DNA of 64,000 bases from Eledone cirrhosa (taxonomy: Eukaryota). A program made the translations under genes and the position numbers. Shown one piece after another: positions 28,111-44,899 of the stretch. Where the stretch lies: assembly GCA_964016885.1 (NCBI GenBank), contig OZ024758.1:21700001-21764000 (forward strand). The letters run 5' to 3'. How positions within the stretch are numbered: position 1 is the first letter of the stretch; every line of letters begins with the position of its first letter. The notes below the pieces were generated by a model. The model saw only the letters and a program-made list of their open reading frames with translations, had not been told where the DNA came from and searched no databases.

Positions 28111-28669
28111 TCTTGCCGAAGTCAGAAACCATTATAGAACATTATAGAATAAGTGAGGTGCTGGACAGACAGCTATGATGTATAATTATGACCTGATATC
28201 TTCTGAGTTGAAATCATATCAAGGTTGAATATGCTTTAAATATTCTCGGATCGATGAAATTAATTACCAAACATGTCCTAGTATCGTTAATTCCTCTCTC
28301 ACTCTCTCTCTCTCTCTAAACTATTAATGGCTTTGCGTCCTCCCAATCGTATAAAAATCAATACAAATTATTTTCCTCCTTATCACTAATCAATCTGCAT
28401 ACCAGGGTAGGTTTAGGCTTTATCACTAGATGTAAATGTATTTTAAAAGCAGGATTTTGCTGTCGAGAAGTGTGTATTAATGCATTTCTTTATAAATAGA
28501 AAACAACTGGATGTTAATTATTCCCGTCATTGGATCAGGAAGACTTGCCTGTATTTATTAACAGCTCAAAAATAGCTTTAGCTGTATAAAAAGATATATA
28601 TTTCACTAGAATAAGGCATATGGTTTACCCATTCCGTGCTAATAGCAGATTTAATTATTGTCTGAGACG

Positions 28670-30402
28670 AGTTAGGTAGTATCGGACCTGTGATATCTGA
28701 ATTCAGAGAAGTAGCAGCTCTACCTGGAGCGACTTTCTGATCTCCAAGCTACAAATCTGTCCAGTGATATTTCCTGAGATATTCAAACCTCATGAACTAT
28801 AGTACCGGAGCTGTGATATCTCAATTCGGAGAAGTAGCGGCTCTACCTGGAGTGACTCTCCAGTGATTCTTTCCTGAGACATTCTACCCACATACCTATA
28901 GTACCGGAACTGCCATATCTTAATTCAGAGACGTAGTGGCTCTACCTGGAGTCACTCCAGTGATTCTTTCCTGGGACATATTAACCACATGTCCATAGCA
29001 TCGGAGCTGTGATCTCTCAATTCAGAGAAGTAGTGGCTCTACCTGGAGTGACTCCAGCAATTCTTTTCCTGGGACATTCAAACCTCGTACCCGTAATATC
29101 GGAGCTGTGATCTCTCAATTCAGAGAAGTAGCAGCTCTACCTAGAGTGGCTCTCCATTGATTCTTTCCTGAGACATTCTAACAACATGCCCATAGTATCG
29201 GAGCTGTGATGCCTCAATTCAGAGAAGTAGCGGCTCTACTTGGAGTGACTCACCAGTGATTCTTTCCTGAGACATTCTAACCACATGTCCATAGTATCGG
29301 AGCTGTGATCTCTCAATTCAGAGAAGTAGTGGCTCTACCTGGAGTGACTCCAGCAATTCTTTTCCTGGGACATTCAAACCTCGTACCCGTAATATCGGAG
29401 CTGTGATCTCTCAATTCAGAGAAGTAGCAGCTCTACCTAGAGTGGCTCTCCATTGATTCTTTCCTGAGACATTCTAACAACATGCCCATAGTATCGGAGC
29501 TGTGATGCCTCAATTCAGAGAAGTAGCGGCTCTACTTGGAGTGACTCACCAGTGATTCTTTCCTGAGACATTCTAACCACATGTCCATAGTATCGGAGCT
29601 GTGATCTCTCAATTCAGAGAAGTAGTGGCTCTACCTGGAGTGACTCCAGCAATTCTTTCCTGGGACATTCAAACCTCGTACCCGTAATATCGGAGCTGTG
29701 ATCTCTCAATTCAGAGAAGTAGCAGCTCTACCTAGAGTGGCTCTCCATTGATTCTTTCCTGAGACATTCTAACCACATGCCCATAGTATCGGAGCTGTGA
29801 TGCCTCAATTCAGAGAAGTAGCGGCTCTACTTGGAGTGACTCACCAGTGATTCTTTCCTGAGACATTCTAACCACATGTCCATAGTATCGGAGCTGTCAT
29901 GCCTCAATTCAGAGAAGTAGCAGCTCTACCTAGAGTGGCTCTCCATTGATTCTTTCCTGAGACATTCTAACCACATGTCCATAGTATCGGAGCTGTGATC
30001 TCTCAATTCAGAGAAGTAGTGGCTCTACCTGGAGTGACTCCAGCAATTCTTTCCTGGGACATTCAAACCTCGTACCCATAGTATCTGAGCTGTGATCTCT
30101 CAATTCAGAGAAGTAGCGGCTCTACCTGGAGTCACTCCAGTGATTCTTTCCTGGGACATATTAACCACATGCCCATAGCATCGGAGCTGTGATCTCTCAA
30201 TTCGGAGAAGTAGCGGCTCTACCTGGAGTGACTCTCTAGTGATTCTTTCCTGAGACATTCAAACCACATGCCCATAGTATCGGAGCTGTCATGCCTCAAT
30301 TCAGAGAAGTAGCGGCTCTACCTGGAGTGACTCTCTAGTGATTCTTTCCTGAGACATTCTAACCACATACCCATAGTATCGGAGCTGTGATCTCTCAATT
30401 GC
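28670..30402 (-). repeat. ~98-99-bp satellite x ~17, derived from an RTE-clade LINE ORF
   Basis: The unit on the minus strand translates IERSQLRYYGHVVRMSQERITRESLQVEPLLL(R/*). Confidence 0.88.
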
Positions 30403-30804
30403 AGAGAAATGTTTAATAATACTATAGGACACAATGAAAATAGAATCAACAGTAACCTAAAACTATTATGAGCCGTGATTAGTGTGATCAAAAGCTTTGT
30501 ATGAACAACCATTTGCTTGATCACAAACTCTATTATACTTATCTATTAAATGTTCCTAACACATACTATTCACATGGCAAATGTTTCCAATGTCCTTTGA
30601 ATATACAAAGCTGAAAATGCTTATTTTGCACATCTTCATACAATCATGTCTATGAGGTTTCCAATAATTTCAAAGATACAATGCGGTCTCAATTAACTTT
30701 CTAATTAGCCTAATACATATACCATGAGGTTATTGAGAATTAGGAGAATATGCATTTACGTGCTGTGGTTGTATGGAAATGCGTTGAATATATTGAATCA
30801 GTTT

Positions 30805-31083
30805 ATATATATATGCATGTATATATATATATATATGTGTGTGTGTATGTGTATGTTTGTATGTATATATATATGTATATATATATGTATGCGTATGTTT
30901 GTATGTATATATATGTATATATATATGTATGTGTATGTTTGTATGTGTATGTATGTGTATGTTTGTATGTATATATATATATGTATATATATATGTATGT
31001 GTATATTTGTATGTATATATATATATGTATATATATGTATGTGTATGTTTGTATGTATATATATATATATGTATGTGTATGTT

Positions 31084-31124
<41 letters not shown>

Positions 31125-32747
31125 ATGTTTGTATGTATATATGTGTATATATATGTATGTGTATGTTTGTATGTATATATGTGTATATATATGTATGTGT
31201 ATGTTTGTATGTATATATATGTATGTATATATATATATGTATATATATGTATGTATATATATATATGTATATATATGTATGTGTATGTTTGTATGTATGT
31301 ATATATATGTATGTGTATGTTTGTATGTATATATATGTATATATATATGTATATATATGTATATATATATGTATATATATGTATGTGTATGTTTGTATGT
31401 ATATATATGCATATATATATGTATGTGTATGTTTGTATGTATATATATATATGTATATATATGTATGTGTATGTTTGTATGTATATATATGTATATGTTT
31501 GTATGTATATATATGTATATATATGTATGTGTATGTTTGTATGTATATATATGTATATATATGTATGTGTATGTTTGTATGTATATATATGTATATATAT
31601 GTATGTGTATGTTTGTATGTATATATATGTATATATATGTATGTGTATGTTTGTATGTATATATATATGTATGCGTATGTTTGTATGTATATATATGTAT
31701 ATATATGTATGTGTATGTTTGTATGTATATATGTGTATATATATGTATGTGTATGTTTGTATGTATATATATGTATATATATATGTATGTGTATGTTTGT
31801 ATGTATATATATATATATGTATATATATGTATGCGTATGTTTGTATGTATGTATATATATGTATGTGTATGTTTGTATGTATATATATGTATATATATAT
31901 GTATGTGTATGTTTGTATGTATATATATGTATGTGTATGTTTGTATGTATATATATGTATATATATGTATGTGTATGTTTGTATGTATATATATATGTAT
32001 ATATATGTATGTGTATGTTTGTATGTATATATATGTATGCGTATGTTTGTATGTATATATATGTATATATATGTATGTGTATGCTTGTATGCATATATGT
32101 GTATATATATGTATGTGTATGTTTGTATGTATATATATGTATATATATATGTATGTGTATGTTTGTATGTATATATATATATATGTATATATATGTATGT
32201 GTATGTTTGTATGTATATATATATATATGTATATATATGTATGTGTATGTTTGTATGTATATATATGTATATATATGTATGTGTATGTTTGTATGTATAT
32301 ATATGTATATATATGTATGTGTATGTTTGTATGTATATATATGTATGTGTATGTTTGTATGTATATATATGTATATATATGTATGTGTATGTTTGTATGT
32401 ATATATATGCATATATATATGTATGTGTAGGTTTGTATGTATATATATGTATGTATATATATGTATGTGTATGTTTGTATGTATGTATATATATGTATGT
32501 GTATGTTTGTATGTATATATATGTATATATATGTATGTGTATGTTTGTATGTATATATGTGTATGTTTGTATGTATATATATGTATGTATATATATGTAT
32601 GCGTATGTTTGTATGTATATATATATGTATATATATGTATGTGTATGTTTGTATGTATATATATGCATATATATGTGTATGTCTGTATGTATATATATAT
32701 GTATATATATGTATATATATGTATATATATGTATGTGTGTGTATATA

Positions 32748-32792
<45 letters not shown>

Positions 32793-32804
32793 TTATATGC
32801 ATAT

Positions 32805-32890
<86 letters not shown>
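30805..32890. repeat. Compound TA/TG minisatellite (tatgtatgtgtatgtttgtatg + (TA)n)
   Basis: Direct reading. Confidence 0.95.
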
Positions 32891-32893
<3 letters not shown>

Positions 32894-33305
32894 CAGATGT
32901 CTGAGTTGTTCCATTGAGAATTAAATTATGTCGATATTAGTTTAATCACGAGACGGCGAATTGGCAGAGTCGTCGTTACATCATCAGATAGAATGATTTG
33001 TCTTCGATTCTTTCAAAATCAATAAAAAAGTACCAGTCTAGAACTGAGGTCAATTCTTCATCTGTATCTCAATCTCACGTCCTCTCTTTCACCGAATACT
33101 TTTTTTTATTGTAATAGTCCCTTTAATAGTGTTTCTGATTTAGGCACAAGGCCAAAGATTTTATAATGAGGGAAAAATCGATACTGCCAAACCATCAGAC
33201 GTTGATTATTCTATAAACCACCGTCCCGATATCTTAAATTGATATTAGAATGTATATATTATAGAATATTATAAATTATATATTATGGATTTAAAATATT
33301 ATATA

Positions 33306-34217
33306 CTAGCAGTAGTACCCGGCGTTGCACGGGATAAGGTATTTTGGAATGCGGGCCGCTAATCGTAGAAAAACTGCATGCCTGGACAATATGTAAAGAA
33401 AATAAACCGAACACTCTGATGGCTGGATAATCTTTAAGATTTTCCTCGATGAAGCAGGAAAAATGCAGGTTTTCACCTAATGCGGGCCCTTGGGGAACCA
33501 AGAAAATGAATTTTTTGTGTGCATAATACGTCTTGAAATTTCGGGAAAATCGGCTAGACGTAACGCCTCCAAAAATCCTTAAGAAGCTGAAAAAAATGAA
33601 ATTTTTCACCTAATGCTGACCCTAGGCCATAAGAAAGTTGGATTGTCTTTGCTTACGGTATGAAGAAGAGACTGACTAATACATAGTTACAATTTGAAGG
33701 AAATCGGTCTGACGTAACGCCTCAAAAACCCCTAAAAATCTTTTAAAACGCCGTTTTTCACATAATGCGGGCCCTAGGAGATAAAATAAAAGTTGAATTT
33801 GTTTATGTGCATAACACTCCCTGAAACATAAGTAATACACATGTAAAGTTTGAAAAGAATCGGTTGGGTACTTCTCGAGTTTTGGGGATTCAAACTCACA
33901 CACACACACATAGACAGACATCCTCAGGGAAGTGACGTAATGCAGACAGCTAGACATACAGACAGATATTATAAGGGCGCGACGTTATATGTATGTATCT
34001 ATCTAAAAAGAGAAAGACTAAGAATTATAGAGCGAGATCGCTAAATCGTCTAATGCGGTGCTTAGGGCATTGAAAATTTGAATCTTTATTTGCTCAGAAC
34101 ACTCCCTGAAACATAAGTATTACATGTGTAAAGTTTGAAAACAGTCGGTTGGGTGATTCTCTAGTATTAGGGATTCGAACTCACGCAGACAGACATCCTC
34201 AGTTTCATATATATAGA
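33306..34217 (-). mobile_element. Non-autonomous Helitron
   Basis: Minus strand: A|TCTATATATATG... at the 5' end. The 3' hairpin cccgtgcaacgccggg lies ~9 nt before CTAG|T. Internal subrepeats. Confidence 0.8.
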
Positions 34218-34279
34218 TTTCAGCAGTGATTATAATTGTAGTATTTTATGTTACAAAATAAAGGGAAGTACTAATGTGT

Positions 34280-34727
34280 ACAAGGCCAACAGTTTTAGCG
34301 GAGGAGAATTCGAGTAAATTGACCCCAGTGCATGACTTGTACTTTATTTATCGACCCTGTAAGGCTGAAAGTCAAAGTTAACCTCGGCAAGATTTGAACT
34401 CAGAACGTAAAGAGATGCAAATGTATGCCACCAATCATGTTGATCGACGATTAATAATGATTTCTAGTATAGGCATAATGCCAGTCATTTGGAGGGAGGG
34501 GAAAGTCGATTAAATCGACCTCAGTACATTACTGGTACTATACTTATCGACCCCGTAAGGGTGAAAGACAAAGTTAACCTCAGTGAGATTTGAAGTCAGA
34601 ACGTAAAGAGATGCAAATGTATGCCACGAAGCATGTTGTTCAACGCTCTACTATACATTAATAATTGTTTCTACGTTAGGCACAAGGCCAGCAATTATCC
34701 AGTGTATTACTGGTACTTTATTTTATC
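34280..34727 (-). mobile_element. S1 SINE cluster
   Basis: SINE body motifs, reverse strand. Confidence 0.85.
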
Positions 34728-36458
34728 TACTATACATTAATAATGAGATGAAGAAAACCTATAATTTTCAATTCTTATTTGACGAATGTTACTAGATTTG
34801 TTGCTTTCCATAAGTAACTGAAGGCGAATTAAACATTTAAATGTATGTTAATTATTACTAAATCGAAATAAATGTTATTAGCAAAGGTATCGGCGTTGAC
34901 AGGTAGATTAATAATTTGAATTCAGAAGCACCAGTAACCACTTTATTCCTACTTAGCAGCTAAGATGTTTCTATTCTATATTGGCTGTTAGCTAGGTGTG
35001 TCTAACATGTCATATGTTTAAATTGGTGTTTCTTTCGTAACTTCATTTTATCATCAACTGTGCTATCTCAAAGAAAGTATAGAATCCTAACTGTTGTGGG
35101 AGTGTAATGTAGAAAAGACAAGAAGCAATCCTACTTCAATAACTGCGGGGAAGTTGCCGTTAAACCTATTTTAATAATTCTAATCATAACTAATGGATTC
35201 TTAAATTCTCAGGTGAATGCGAATGTTACTTGCCATTGTTCAAGGCTTAAAGATATTTGCTTTACAGTTATAATTTGTCTTCCGGTTAATACTATTGGAC
35301 AATAATTGAATTCAATAACCAAATTGCTTTACGCATTAAATTAGTCAGTTGTGTTCGCATTTAGTTTTATATTACTGTATTGCTGTATCATCCAGGTTAC
35401 ATCAACGAGGGAAATCAGACATAAAAACGTGTATCGCCAAGGTGGGTTTCGTGAAGGCAACAGAGAAGAAGGAAGAAATGAGTGGGCGAAATAGTGGTGG
35501 TGGTGGTGGTGAGAATTTAGTTGCGTTCGTAGTGGAATCCTAAAATAATTAATCCGTTTAGCCTTTTGCATTAATACATGCGTTAAATTTTCTTTCTAAT
35601 ATTATGATTCTAGGAAACAGAATTATCAATATTTCTTGGAAATATGGAGAGCAAATTAAAGAAACTATCTCGCTATATGAAAAATATTTCCAACAACAAA
35701 AAGGTAAATTGCGTTCGAATTGCTAATTAAAATGCAATTTTGAAAGAAACATTTTATTTCTCCATAAATGACAATTTTCAAGGTAATAATTAATTCTTTC
35801 AATTTTCGTTATAGCAATTATTGTCATCACATTATTTGCATTTTGAATTTTACAAACATTTTAGCATTTTCTAATCGAATTCATGTTATAGACAATCGAA
35901 ATCTGTCATATTTATACATGATTTTCGTGTGACTGCGGAGTATGAAATGTAATTATTTGTCCGAAAGTTAACCAGAGTATTTTGGTTGTTAAGGTCACAT
36001 CATTAGAATTTATAAAATGCCAGGTATTCGACAAAAAGGTCCATACTGCTGAGACCGCAGCCAATCTTTAACTTTGAACAAGTTACATAAATATTTTCAT
36101 TAAAATGCCAAGTTTAAATCCGTTATTGACAAATAGAATAACATACGGTGTGAGAGATGAGACGTGTGACCAACATATTCCAGTACTTAAGAGATTTATT
36201 CAGGATATTAATAAAGAACATTAGGATTACTGAGAAGGAAAGTCAATAACCACAAATAAAGGGAAAATGTGCAAAATAAGCCACATTGAAGTGGGGGCTC
36301 AAATATTTTAGCCAAAGGGTCAATAATATCCAATCTGCTTGATAAGAAACAGCCACTGTCTACGATTTCCCTATAACCATAACATTTAACTCTATAGAAG
36401 CCCAATTTTGTTTTATATTTTGTTAGTTTTCTTTGATATTATTTTTGTACATTTTGAA

Positions 36459-36702
36459 CAAGCAGACCCGGGCTCACTTGCCCGCATTGCAAAGGAGAGA
36501 AAAATAGTTAAATACCGGGACGTGACCGGCCACTTCTACTTTGAACAGGACTCCTTCGAGTCTTCGTCGAGTCCTTTGGTGTCCTTCATCCAAGCATAAG
36601 AGACATATTTTCGAAATCATCCCAAACATGACTGTCTCGTCTTTTACTATAGCTAAGACTGAACTATGCGATATATTTTAATTCTTTCTCTATATATTCA
36701 GA
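36459..36702 (-). mobile_element. Probable short non-autonomous Helitron
   Basis: Minus strand: 5' TCTGAATATATAG...; 3' hairpin cgggcaagtgagcccg then ggtctgCTTG|T (non-canonical versus CTRR). Confidence 0.5.
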
Positions 36703-37734
36703 GTTTGACTTAGCTGTTGTTTCTAACAGGTCACATGGCCCTGGAGAGTTTCTCCTCGTTGGCTTGTTATATTCTATTAGTTCTAAAGTGGAGTTTTTTT
36801 TTTTAAATATAAATTTTCTTTTTTCGCTTTCAGGATAAATTTGTCAAGATAACTAATATATCCTGATTGCTTGACTGGCGAAGATGAAAATCAATTACGC
36901 TGTCAAAATAGAAAATTATAAACAAAACAAGCCTTAGGCTAAATAGTTAACCTATTTATTAATAATGGATAATATTAGAAATTAATTTCTCAATTTACTA
37001 TTTTGATTAAACGCCAATATTTGCATATATCCCTAGGAATTTCTAAATAAATTATTTCTGTCAGATAACTGGAGACTAGTAAAAACTATAGACATTTTCC
37101 CATCAATTAAATTTGTTTAAATAAATACTTTGAGGATACTATGCAGAAGCTACAAACGAAACTGCAAAAAATATGTGGTATCACATGTATATATACTTCG
37201 AAGTCACTGCCACCTTTTTCTTCGAAACGAATATATATATATTATTGTAACTTCCAGGAGTCCCAGAAACCTATCTGAGATTTTTATCGATTATATCGAT
37301 CCTAATCGATATGGCCACTGCCTTCGATCGTTTTTCTTGGTCTCACACTTTTAAACTGTTGTGTTTAACTCTGGATTATATTGTTTAGCTTATCGATCCA
37401 ATTAGTACCTGCTATATGGCAGCTATAACTTCGATTCATATCCAATATTATATAATAAATTGTAGAGAAAACCAATAGGTGCATGTGTTTTTATTGGCAA
37501 CATGACCCTCCCAAAGTATAACAATATATATATGTGTGTCTGTGTGTACGGACTCACCTCAACTGAGGCATAAACGAAAAGACTTCGAAACCATGTTTCA
37601 TTCATTACGCGGAGATATCGCATGTGCAAATGCAAGTCATCTCCGTAATTCACGTTTAGATAAAGTGTGCCAGTAACACATTGACAGTAACACATTGCAG
37701 AAAGAATGAGATACACACACACACACACACACAT

Positions 37735-37794
<60 letters not shown>

Positions 37795-38492
37795 GCACGC
37801 ACGCACGCACGCACGCACGCACACCACACGCACGCACGCGCATATATACAGTGGCAGATTGGGTCTAAAAATATTGGTTGTCAGGAGATGAAGGGAGCCC
37901 ACCTACATATAGAATGCTATCATTTAAAGTTTTATAATGAATAAATAACATTTTCGAAAAATACATAAGTGGAAACAAAACAGTGTAATCAATCTTTTGC
38001 GGAAAAATATCTTACCATCTCCAATAAAAAGTATTATGTATTTTGTGAAATCCAGAGATATTCAATAATGACCAGAAGTCGACCCTAAATATTACTAATA
38101 GCTCAAGGAAATTCATGAATGACACCACATCTTTTTAACTTTGATTTTGAAAGTATGTTTATAATTATAAATTTTCATTATACTTTCGTAGCTGTCTCGG
38201 AGGAATCATAGACGGTGGTCATCCTGGTCTGAAGTTCGATCCTAGTCGGGCGTAGGGTTCCCAGTAAAGATTTCCAGTTTAAATTTCTATTGGTTGTAAA
38301 ATAAAAACTGAAAAAGGGTTACATGAACCTCTTGAACAAGATTAATCCGAGGGCCAGGATCTCCACCGTCTCTAGTTCCTACCGCTAGGCCACAGAGACG
38401 ACTACAAAAATGTTATGAAAATTCATACTTATAAACCTACTTTCAAAATTTGCAAACCAAAATGATGTGTTGTCGTTCATGTCTTTCTTAAC

Positions 38493-38526
<34 letters not shown>

Positions 38527-38529
<3 letters not shown>

Positions 38530-38665
38530 AAAAAGTATGACCCCCGACGGTAGAGCTCAAGCCGTTTCGACGGCTACTTCTGGACAGAAATAGCCGTCGA
38601 AACGGCTTGAGCTCTGCCGTCGGGGTCATACTTTTTTCTATTTCCCACTCTACTACCCTAGGTAT

Positions 38666-38668
<3 letters not shown>
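38527..38668 (+). mobile_element. F1 fold-back element (extension truncated)
   Basis: Inverted arms centred ~38583; (TA)n flanks. Confidence 0.8.
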
Positions 38669-40548
<1,880 letters not shown>

Positions 40549-40750
40549 AACGGAGGAAATGTGTTAAGGAACCAGGTGGACCATAACGCACCAAAGTACT
40601 CAATACTTAGGGTAGTAGAGTGGATAATAGGAACGAGTAGGACCCCGACGGCTGAGCTCAAGCCGTTTCGACTGCTAATTCTGAACTAATTAGTCCAGAA
40701 TTAGCCTTCGAAACGGCTTGAGCTCAGCCGTCGGGGTCCTACTCGTTCCT
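40549..40750 (-). mobile_element. F1 fold-back element
   Basis: Very similar to 25171-25362. Confidence 0.8.
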
Positions 40751-40773
40751 ATATTTATATATATATATATATA

Positions 40774-40825
<52 letters not shown>

Positions 40826-40946
40826 ATATTGTTGTATATATATATATATATATATGTGTATATATTGTTGTATATATATAAATATATATATATATATAAA
40901 TGTGTGTATATATTGTTGTATATATATATATATGTGTATATATTGT

Positions 40947-40983
<37 letters not shown>

Positions 40984-41670
40984 GTGTGTATATATTGTAT
41001 ATATATATATATATATATTATTTATTTATTTGCGTGTGTGTCTATGTGTGTGTGTGCGCCTGTGCGTTTCTCTATCAATATATACGAAGATCTATTGAAC
41101 GGAATCTGATTGTAAAGACTTCCATAATTAATCAGCGAATCTTATTAACAATTTACAGGTCTTCTTTAATTTTCCCGCCAAACTTTACTTTCTTTTTCTC
41201 CTTTGAAAATTGAGTTTCTCCTCTCTGATTTGAAAGTGATTTACTTTAACTATGTTGTTAAATGAAGGATATTTAACACGAATATTGGAGAATAAGCACA
41301 CACAGAAATACGCACACATATATGCATACAGAGGTACGCACGAGCATACACACACACACACACACATAGTTGGAGAATTGGCACGCACACATACAAATAC
41401 ACGCGCGAGCACACACACACACAGACATACACTCAGACACACACAGAGAAACATATATAGACGCATAATCAAGTATACAATCTTTTCTCTATCTCATTTT
41501 CATTCTTTCTGTCTCTTTTTGCATATATGCACAACCACGGACAAAATCATCGGATGATTTCCTTCGAATGAAACAGTTCTAGTCCTGTAGAAGCCATTTC
41601 TATATTAAATATCTATACTCTACTATGTATTGAGTACCTTACTTACTGTGGTTACCCCCGATTGAACCCT

Positions 41671-41799
<129 letters not shown>

Positions 41800-41829
41800 T
41801 AATGGAAACTATATTTATAAAACCATAAT

Positions 41830-41895
41830 TATTTTATTATATATATGTCAAGGGCAACCAATGCAAATTTTGGTGCGCTTTCATCAGATAAAATA
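41830..41895 (-). ncRNA. F2 hammerhead motif with core mutation (GAAA>GACA)
   Basis: Near-identical to 14378-14442 except for GACA; element ~41797-41940 lies between TA tracts. Confidence 0.7.
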
Positions 41896-41940
41896 CAAAA
41901 TTTGTTTTATAAATGTTGAAATACCCGCAGAAAAACAACC

Positions 41941-41974
<34 letters not shown>

Positions 41975-42056
41975 TCAAACGGAAGGTTATTTTTCACTGA
42001 TGTCAGAAAATCTCAATAAATGATACCTAAAAATACCAATCAGTGATTATATATAC

Positions 42057-42120
<64 letters not shown>

Positions 42121-42809
42121 CAGTACTGTGTATGATAGAATCCACGATTATGTAAACAGTAATGTTTTCTTTATGTTAACAGACTCTACTCTGTGTGCAA
42201 TACAATTTCCCATTCTACTGAAAGTATAATTTAATCTGTGTGACGGTATATTTTACTCTTAATGTATGTATATTTTATTGTATATGCGTATAGTTTACTG
42301 TATGTTGTTGCCTAATCTACTTTGTAGCTTAAATCTTGAAACTGAAAGAGTGATTCACATCAAATATGCATTTGTCTGTATCTGCTCTTTGATGAGACGT
42401 TAATTTCGCTTATATTCTTCTGTGTATCTGAAATGACATTGATGTTTTGCCAAGACTTCAGATACAGCACCAATTTACTAACAGAATTACATAGGTTCCA
42501 ATGAACAGAATTAAATTCCCATGGAAACTAAGTTGCAAATTATTCTCTCTAAATTATAGTCGAAACTTTTCTGCCAACAGTAGCTACTATTATATTACAA
42601 AGACTTGTTTTGAGATAAATATAAATTTGTTCTTATTCAGAATGTGATGAAGCAGTTGCTGGCATTGTCACTGTATGTAATGCCTTGTCGACCTGCACTT
42701 TGACTTTCATGAAAGTCAAATTTACATAGTAGTAAATAAGTATTCTTAGAAAATAAACCTTCTCTTCTATCTTGAATTTTATATCTGACGAATCAAATAT
42801 TTTGGATGC

Positions 42810-43205
42810 TTTATGGTGGATTGGCAGTGCCGAGGTTGACTTTGCCTTTCATCCTTACGGGGTCGATAAAATAAAGTACCAGTGATGCACTGGATAATTG
42901 CTGGCCTTGTGCCTAAAGTAGAAACAAGTATCTTTAGAAGGTCTAACGCCATGCTTTGCAGCATGGAGTTACGGGCCTTTACAATCTAAGTTCAAATCCC
43001 ACCGATGTTAACTTTGCCTTTCATCATTACGGGGTGGGGTCGATAGAATAAAGTACCAGTAATTCACTGAGATAATTGCTGGCTTTGTGCCAAAAGTAGA
43101 AACAATTATGTAATAGCCAGCTGTTATTTACCATTAGATAAAATAAAGTACCAGTAATGCACTGGGTATTTGCTGGCCTTGTACCTAAAGTAGAAACAAT
43201 TATGG
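42810..43205 (+). mobile_element. S1 SINE fragments cluster
   Basis: SINE body motifs. Confidence 0.8.
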
Positions 43206-43776
43206 TAAATATGTTATTTACCATTAGATCATATGATTTCCTTTGTTTACTGAAAATAGAATTATATTCTCAAATGTATCGTTCCTTCTCTAACGATAGC
43301 ATGGTGTGATTTAAGGGGAGATAAGATTCTGTTTCCATTTCAGGACTGAGGAATTACCACCGAGAATCTTCATTATTTTGACGTAATATTGTAGTATGGT
43401 AATACAGGGGCTTATTTTTCTATGTGTATTGCAAAGTTTTTGTAACCCTGTATAACTAAGCATGAGAATCAAGGACAGAATACATTCGAACGATGACAAG
43501 ATAATTCCATTTCATCGTGACAGTTCTAAAACCATTGTCCTTACATAACAGTGAGTGATTGAGGAGCCGCCGGCTCGATGTGGCCACTCGACCTGCAAAT
43601 AATAGGAGCCAAACTTTCACCTTATGATTTCTGTCTTAAATACAATTCAGATTCTGGAATAAGCTAAATATTAACAACAAAGAAAATCTGCACAATAGTC
43701 TCTAACCAAGCAATGAGACCACAGACTAGAATAGATTCAAACATATTTACCAGGAGAAAATATCGTCTGTCTTTAA

Positions 43777-44478
43777 GGATTGGCAGCATCGGTAGGGCTT
43801 CGGACAACATGCTTTGCAACATAGTGTTACGGCCATTTATGATTTGAGTTCAAATCCCGCCGAGGTTAACTTTGTCTTTCATCCTTAAGGGGTCAATAAA
43901 ATAAAGTACCAGTCACGCACTGTGTGTGTGTAACAGCTCACCCTATGCAGGTTTAGCTGGCCTCCTTCAAGGTAAATCTCGCTGGAGGTGTCATAGGTGA
44001 TTTAATGATAGGGACCCCCAGTCCTATCATCTCATTTCTACAGCTGAGTACACTGGAGCAATGTGAAATAAAGTGACTTGCTCAAGGAAACAACACATCA
44101 GCCGGTTCGAAAATTGAACTCACAACCTTTCGATTGTAAGCCCAATGCTCTAACCAATAAGCCATGCGCCTTCACATCAATGACAGACCACAAGCTAGAA
44201 TATATTCAAACATATTCACCAGGAGAAAATATCGTCTGTCTTTAATGGTTAATAGCAACGGATTTGCAGTATCGGTAGGGCGTCGGACAACATGCTTTGC
44301 AGCATAGAGTTACGGCCCTTTATGATCAGAGTTCAAATCCCGCCGGGGTTAACTTTGCCTTTCATCCTTACGGGGTCGATAAAATAAAGTACCAGTCACG
44401 CACTGGGGTCGATTTAATCGACTTTCCCCTCCCACTTCCCCACCAAATTGTTGGCTTTGTGCCTATATAAGAAACCAA
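43777..44478 (+). mobile_element. Two S1 SINEs with duplicated ~70-bp upstream flank, separated by a CORE-type SINE
   Basis: gaccaca..ctagaata.attcaaacatatt.accaggagaaaatatcgtctgtctttaa precedes both copies. Confidence 0.8.
43930..44175 (-). mobile_element. CORE-type tRNA-derived SINE (family S2)
   Basis: Minus strand: gtgaaggcgcatggcttattggttagagc...gagttcaatt...ccttgagcaagtcacttta (CORE-like). Confidence 0.7.
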
Positions 44479-44835
44479 TAGTATCAAAAATACAAAACAA
44501 GACAAGAGAAGACAAGACAAGACAAATTAAGCAGTTTATCCAACAGATGTCAATTTAATCCAAAGAACAATAAGATCTACATAAGCATACTACTAAACCT
44601 AACTATTAGACTATAAAAGGGACACGTCTATAGATATGTCTCGGTAAAGCGTGAATTCAGGAGTTTCACTGAGAAAGCTTGGGAGATACAGATCCTGCTG
44701 AAACATGAGAGCTATGTTTTAAGAATTTCAAAAATTCATTATATACAAGATAGTGTTTGCTCTGTTTTTAACGTTGAGTTTATTATTACATGTGGGCAAA
44801 TATTATCAACAGATCGGTACCAAATATTTACATGC

Positions 44836-44899
<64 letters not shown>

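Noticed and set aside
28670-30402. CRISPR-like or ribozyme-bearing array
   Set aside because: Units are contiguous with no unique spacers, there is no CUGANGA/GAAA arrangement, and it is explained as LINE-derived.
36833-36920. LDL-receptor class A-like peptide YPDCLTGEDENQLRC after a strong splice acceptor
   Set aside because: An in-frame stop lies just upstream, the N-terminal cysteines are missing and no donor is seen; likely chance.
38190-38400. Inverted pair of tRNA-like segments (gacggtgg..atcctgg.c)
   Set aside because: Too short and degenerate to call; probably old SINE fragments.
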